NCBI GenBank assembly: GCA_048885925.1
Contig: JBHLLG010000014.1
Span: 1 to 63,258 of the forward strand
DNA: 63,258 bases
Origin: Candidatus Hermodarchaeota archaeon
GTDB taxonomy: Archaea; Asgardarchaeota; Lokiarchaeia; Sigyniarchaeales; SOKP01
Direction: 5' to 3'
In this document: positions 59,353 through 63,258 of the stretch, piece by piece
Numbering within the stretch: the first letter of the stretch is position 1
Layout: every line of letters starts with the position of its first letter
The notes under the pieces: generated by a model
The model's database searches: none
Told to the model about the DNA's origin: nothing
What the model saw: the letters and a program-made list of their open reading frames with translations, nothing else
Position numbers and translations under genes: made by a program

Positions 59353-60621
59353 TCATGCCTCCAAATTCATTTTTTGGTGATTCAATAAGCAATATCTGCT
59401 TATTTCATAGAAAATCAAAAGCAAAAAGACAGTTGTAAGAAAATTGTAAGGAAATAAGCGATAAATCTTAAACCAAATGCCAGCAAAAAATAAACTAAAA
59501 AAACTAAAGAAAAAAATACCGTAATTTATCTTCGTAGTAGTTTGCGAGTGATGAGGTAAACTGAAATTAAAAATAATTAAAATTGGTATTAAATTAAGTA
59601 AATGATGATCCCAAGAATCAAAATATGTGAGTAACGTAATGGTAATTCCAAAAACGTAACCAAGTATTATAGAATTGTTTTCAAACTTCCTGATTATGAA
59701 GATTATAAATCCTAATCCTCCCATTATGCTTACAACACCTATTAATATAAAAATTTGATTAAAAGGAATATTATAAAAATAATAGAAATTGGTTATTAGT
59801 TGAGAAATACTAAAAGAAAAACTTAGTGCAATTGGATTTTCACCAGTAAAATTAGTATCCATGAAACCTTCCCATAATGGGGGATACACAACAAACAAAA
59901 TCAAGTTCAAAAAAATAGGTACAAATACTCCGATAATTCTAATTATACTTTTAAAAAAATCAAATTTTATTTCTTTTTTTTCTAAATCGAATTTAATAAT
60001 TATTAAAAAAGGAATTAGTAAAAACGCAGTTGGCTTTATTGTTATACTAACTCCTAAGATAAAACTTGCTAATAAATTCCATTTAAATTCTTCATGTTTA
60101 AGAAATAAAAAAAGAGAGATTAAAATTAATAAAATAACATACAAATTAGTTTGCCCTAAAACATAATTATATATGTTAGGTAAGCCCATTAGGAAAATAC
60201 ATATATAAAATATCACCCTTTTATCATTTTTCTCATGATCTTCTTTTCTAATAATAATTATTATTTTATAGAGAACTACGCAGATTAAAATATTTAAAAT
60301 CAGATTAAGAAAAGTAAACATTATAAATCCTGTATCAAAACCCATCAAATAAAAAGGTATAAAAATAATTGCTGAAATTGGAAGATATCTAAATGGAACC
60401 ACATATCCTTCTGTGTAGAGATCATTTATATCACGAAGTAAGACTTCAGCTGTAACATAATAAACTCGAAAATCAGTTCGGTATCTAAAAAACTTCAGTG
60501 TTAAAAATATAGTTAATATAAAGTAAAATATATGAATAAAAATAGCAATTCGAAAAATCTTATATTTCCATAGGTCTCTAACTCTTTTTCTTATTTTTAG
60601 TATCCAATTTATCAAATTCAT
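59353..60621 (-). CDS. GT87/DUF2029-like GT-C membrane glycosyltransferase (paralog 2)
   Basis: DFRVYY, FRYLP, GQTN, IKP, SWDHH. Confidence 0.8.
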   Translation of the reverse strand: MNLINWILKIRKRVRDLWKYKIFRIAIFIHIFYFILTIFLTLKFFRYRTDFRVYYVTAEVLLRDINDLYTEGYVVPFRYLPISAIIFIPFYLMGFDTGFIMFTFLNLILNILICVVLYKIIIIIRKEDHEKNDKRVIFYICIFLMGLPNIYNYVLGQTNLYVILLILISLFLFLKHEEFKWNLLASFILGVSITIKPTAFLLIPFLIIIKFDLEKKEIKFDFFKSIIRIIGVFVPIFLNLILFVVYPPLWEGFMDTNFTGENPIALSFSFSISQLITNFYYFYNIPFNQIFILIGVVSIMGGLGFIIFIIRKFENNSIILGYVFGITITLLTYFDSWDHHLLNLIPILIIFNFSLPHHSQTTTKINYGIFFFSFFSLFFAGIWFKIYRLFPYNFLTTVFLLLIFYEISRYCLLNHQKMNLEA

Positions 60622-60701
60622 TGTACTTTAGCCATTATTTTATTAAATATCTCTACTTTTTTTTAATTTTTAAATGTGTATAATGAGAATCAATCCAGTT
60701 T

Positions 60702-61964
60702 TTAAACCTCCTTATCGTTCTCCTCGTGTTTTATCAAACAATATTTACTTATCACATAGAATGTTAAAATGAGAAAAAATGTAGATTCAAAATTGTATGG
60801 AAATAACGGATAGGTAAGATACCATATACCAACAAAAGCAAGATCAAAAAAACTAAAGAATAATAAACTATATTTAATAGAATTTGTAAATTTAGAATTT
60901 CGTGGAAGATTAAAAATAATAATGATTAAAATTGGAGTTAAATTAAGTAGATGATGATCCCAGGAGTCAAAGTAAACGAGAAGCATGATAAGAATTCCAA
61001 ATGCATAGCCATATATTATAGAATTGTTTTCAAATTTCCTGATTATGAAGATCAAAAATCCTAATCCTCCAATTATACCTATAACTCCTATCAGAATAAA
61101 GAGTTGATTAAAAGGAATATTGTAAAAAAAGCAAAAATTCGTTATTAATTTAGAAATACTGAAAGAAAAATTTAGTGCAATTGGATTACTTCCTGTAAAA
61201 TTTGTTTCTAAAAATCCTTTCCATAAAGATGGATACAATAAAAAAGGAAAAAAGTTCAATAAAACAGGAGTTATAACACCTAATAGCCTTATTACACTTT
61301 TAATAGAGTTAAATTTCACTTTTTGTTTTTCTAAATCAAAATTCACTATGATCAAAAACGGAATTAAGAAAAAAGCAGTAGGTTTAATGATTATACTTAT
61401 TCCTAAAATTAAACTACCAACAAATTGCCATTTTAAATTATTGAATTTTAGAAAAATATAAAGAGATAGTAGGATAAAAAATGTTATATATAAATTAATT
61501 TGACCATAAATATAATTTAATACATGTGGTAGACCCATCAAATAAATGCATATATATAATATAACTCTTTTATCATTTCTTTCATGATTCTCGTTTTTAA
61601 CCAATAAAATTATTTTATAGAGGAGAATGCATATTAAAAAATTAAGAAATAAATTGAAAATATTAAAAATTACAAATGCAAATTGAAAATTGAAAAATGA
61701 AAATGGGATAAAAAATAAAGCTGATAATGGAAAATATCTAAAATCCCATAAATAATATGTTTGATTATAAAGATTTTCAATATCATTAAGAAATATTTTT
61801 CCTACATTATAAAAAATGATAAAATCATTTTTGTCTTGGTAAAACATGAAAAATAAAATAATTGAAAGTATGAAATAAAAACTATGGAGAATTAGGGCAT
61901 ATCTAAATATTTTCTGCTTAAATAATTCTTTAATTCTTTTAACAAATTTACATTTTAGATTCAT
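60702..61964 (-). CDS. GT87/DUF2029-like GT-C membrane glycosyltransferase (paralog 3)
   Basis: DFIIFY, FRYFP, GQIN, IKP, SWDHH. Confidence 0.8.
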   Translation of the reverse strand: MNLKCKFVKRIKELFKQKIFRYALILHSFYFILSIILFFMFYQDKNDFIIFYNVGKIFLNDIENLYNQTYYLWDFRYFPLSALFFIPFSFFNFQFAFVIFNIFNLFLNFLICILLYKIILLVKNENHERNDKRVILYICIYLMGLPHVLNYIYGQINLYITFFILLSLYIFLKFNNLKWQFVGSLILGISIIIKPTAFFLIPFLIIVNFDLEKQKVKFNSIKSVIRLLGVITPVLLNFFPFLLYPSLWKGFLETNFTGSNPIALNFSFSISKLITNFCFFYNIPFNQLFILIGVIGIIGGLGFLIFIIRKFENNSIIYGYAFGILIMLLVYFDSWDHHLLNLTPILIIIIFNLPRNSKFTNSIKYSLLFFSFFDLAFVGIWYLTYPLFPYNFESTFFLILTFYVISKYCLIKHEENDKEV

Positions 61965-62056
61965 TGAGTTTTTAACAAATTTTAATTTTAGTTTTAAATT
62001 CTTAAATTAAGTTACTAAAATTAAATTTTTTAATATTATATTTTAAGAGATAAAGA

Positions 62057-63258
62057 ATGTCTTTTCTTACAAGAAAAATTGAAAAAGTTACATATGGTGT
62101 AATTGTTGGAAACCGGGATGTTTTTCCTGATAGTCTAGCGAATGAAGGAAGACAAGAAATTATTGAGGTCTTAAATGAATTAGGTTATGGATATTTCATT
62201 TTGAATGAAGAAGATACTAAATTTGGGGTAGTAGAAACTTATCAAGACGCAAAAAAATGTGCTGAGTTATTTAAAGCAAATAAAGATCAAATCTGGGGAA
62301 TATTAGTAATTTTACCCAACTTTGGTGATGAAAAAGGAATTGCTAATGCTTTAAAATTATCAAATCTTAATGTTCCCGTTTTAATTCATGCCGCATCCGA
62401 TGAAATCGATAAAATGGATAGAGTACATCGAAGAGATGCATTCTGTGGAAAGATATCAGTGACAAATGTCCTATATCAGTATGGCATTCCATTTACATTA
62501 ACTAAATACCATACCTGTCCAATAAAATCTGATATTTTTAAACAAGATATAAAGAGATTTGAAAAAATCTGCAGAATTGTTAAAAAGATCAGAAATTCAA
62601 GATTAGGACAGATTGGAACAAGACCTAATGCTTTTGAAACTGTTAGATATAGTGAAAAAATATTAGAATTTAATGGGATAAGTATAGAACCAATAGATTT
62701 ATCTGAAATATTCGGTTCTATTAATCAATTAGATGATAGCGATCAAAGGGTTGAAGAGAAAATTAAATTCATAAAAAATTATACTTCTACTACTAGTCTT
62801 CCTGAGGATAATCTTATTAAATTGGCAAAATTAGCTGTAGTTATTGAAAACTGGATAATTGAAAACGAATTAGATGGATTTGCATTTCAATGCTGGCCTT
62901 CAATACAAGATAACTTTGGAATTGTGCCATGTGCTGTTATGAGTATGTTTAGTGAAGGACTTTTACCAGCTGCTTGTGAAGTTGATATTTCGGGTTTAAT
63001 AGGAATGCTAATTTTACAAATCGCTTCCGAAACTCCCTCAGCTATTTTAGATTGGAATAATAATTATGGTAATGATCCTAATAAAATGGTACTCTTCCAT
63101 TGTAGCAACCTTCCTAAATCCTTTTTTCAAGATACCAGAATGACCATTCATCCTATTATTTCAGATCAAAAAGGTGGTGACGTTAGTTTTGGAGCAATTC
63201 AAGGTCGTATTAAAACTAAACCATGCACTCTATTAAGGATTGAAACTGATGATCTATT
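62057..63258 (+). CDS. L-fucose/L-arabinose isomerase family protein (5' part, truncated by the window end)
   Basis: Translated by eye from ATG 62057: GVIVGNRDVFP, LPNFGDE, RRDAFCGKIS, IGTRPNAFETVRYSE, QCWP, ACEVD, FHCSN. Confidence 0.85.
   Translation, partial: MSFLTRKIEKVTYGVIVGNRDVFPDSLANEGRQEIIEVLNELGYGYFILNEEDTKFGVVETYQDAKKCAELFKANKDQIWGILVILPNFGDEKGIANALKLSNLNVPVLIHAASDEIDKMDRVHRRDAFCGKISVTNVLYQYGIPFTLTKYHTCPIKSDIFKQDIKRFEKICRIVKKIRNSRLGQIGTRPNAFETVRYSEKILEFNGISIEPIDLSEIFGSINQLDDSDQRVEEKIKFIKNYTSTTSLPEDNLIKLAKLAVVIENWIIENELDGFAFQCWPSIQDNFGIVPCAVMSMFSEGLLPAACEVDISGLIGMLILQIASETPSAILDWNNNYGNDPNKMVLFHCSNLPKSFFQDTRMTIHPIISDQKGGDVSFGAIQGRIKTKPCTLLRIETDDL

Noticed and set aside
1096-60166. 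About 30 short ORFs (60-119 aa) in the ORF track that overlap larger genes, e.g. 1096-1356, 12944-13252, 16087-16446, 33888-34193, 41162-41458, 59861-60166
   Set aside because: They are antisense or out-of-frame shadows of well-supported genes, with no recognisable motifs.
1-63258. CRISPR arrays, transposases, integrases, rRNA genes
   Set aside because: I saw no regularly spaced repeats, recombinase/transposase motifs or GC-rich rRNA-like stretch.

Overview
Strongly AT-rich archaeal DNA, most consistent with an Asgard archaeon of the Lokiarchaeia/Promethearchaeia type. This assignment rests on the archaeal proteasome beta subunit, aCPSF1, an EF-2 paralog lacking the diphthamide motif, and roadblock, longin, gelsolin and small-GTPase proteins. 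Main blocks: serine-biosynthesis genes (1.4-4.9 kb); an inositol-phosphate-like cluster with ino1, four ATP-grasp kinases/ligases (two with clear ITPK1-like motifs), a HAD phosphatase and a membrane-anchored glycosidase-like protein (12.8-21.2 kb); and a ~15 kb co-oriented chemosensory cluster (28977-44316). That cluster has cheW, cheY, cheA, a cheW-cheC-cheC fusion, cheR, two cheB, cheD and cheC. Interleaved among them are a longin-like protein, a gelsolin-domain protein, a roadblock-small GTPase fusion and two unknown proteins, with no MCP, CheF or archaellum gene in the window. This is the best candidate for an undescribed system: Che signalling wired to actin/GTPase outputs. Also present are two tRNAs (Gly-CCC, Gln-CTG), two intergenic structured-RNA candidates, a Zn-finger/winged-helix/PCI/adaptin-appendage-like multidomain protein and three tandem GT87-like glycosyltransferases. 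All calls come from reading motifs by eye; no database searches were run.
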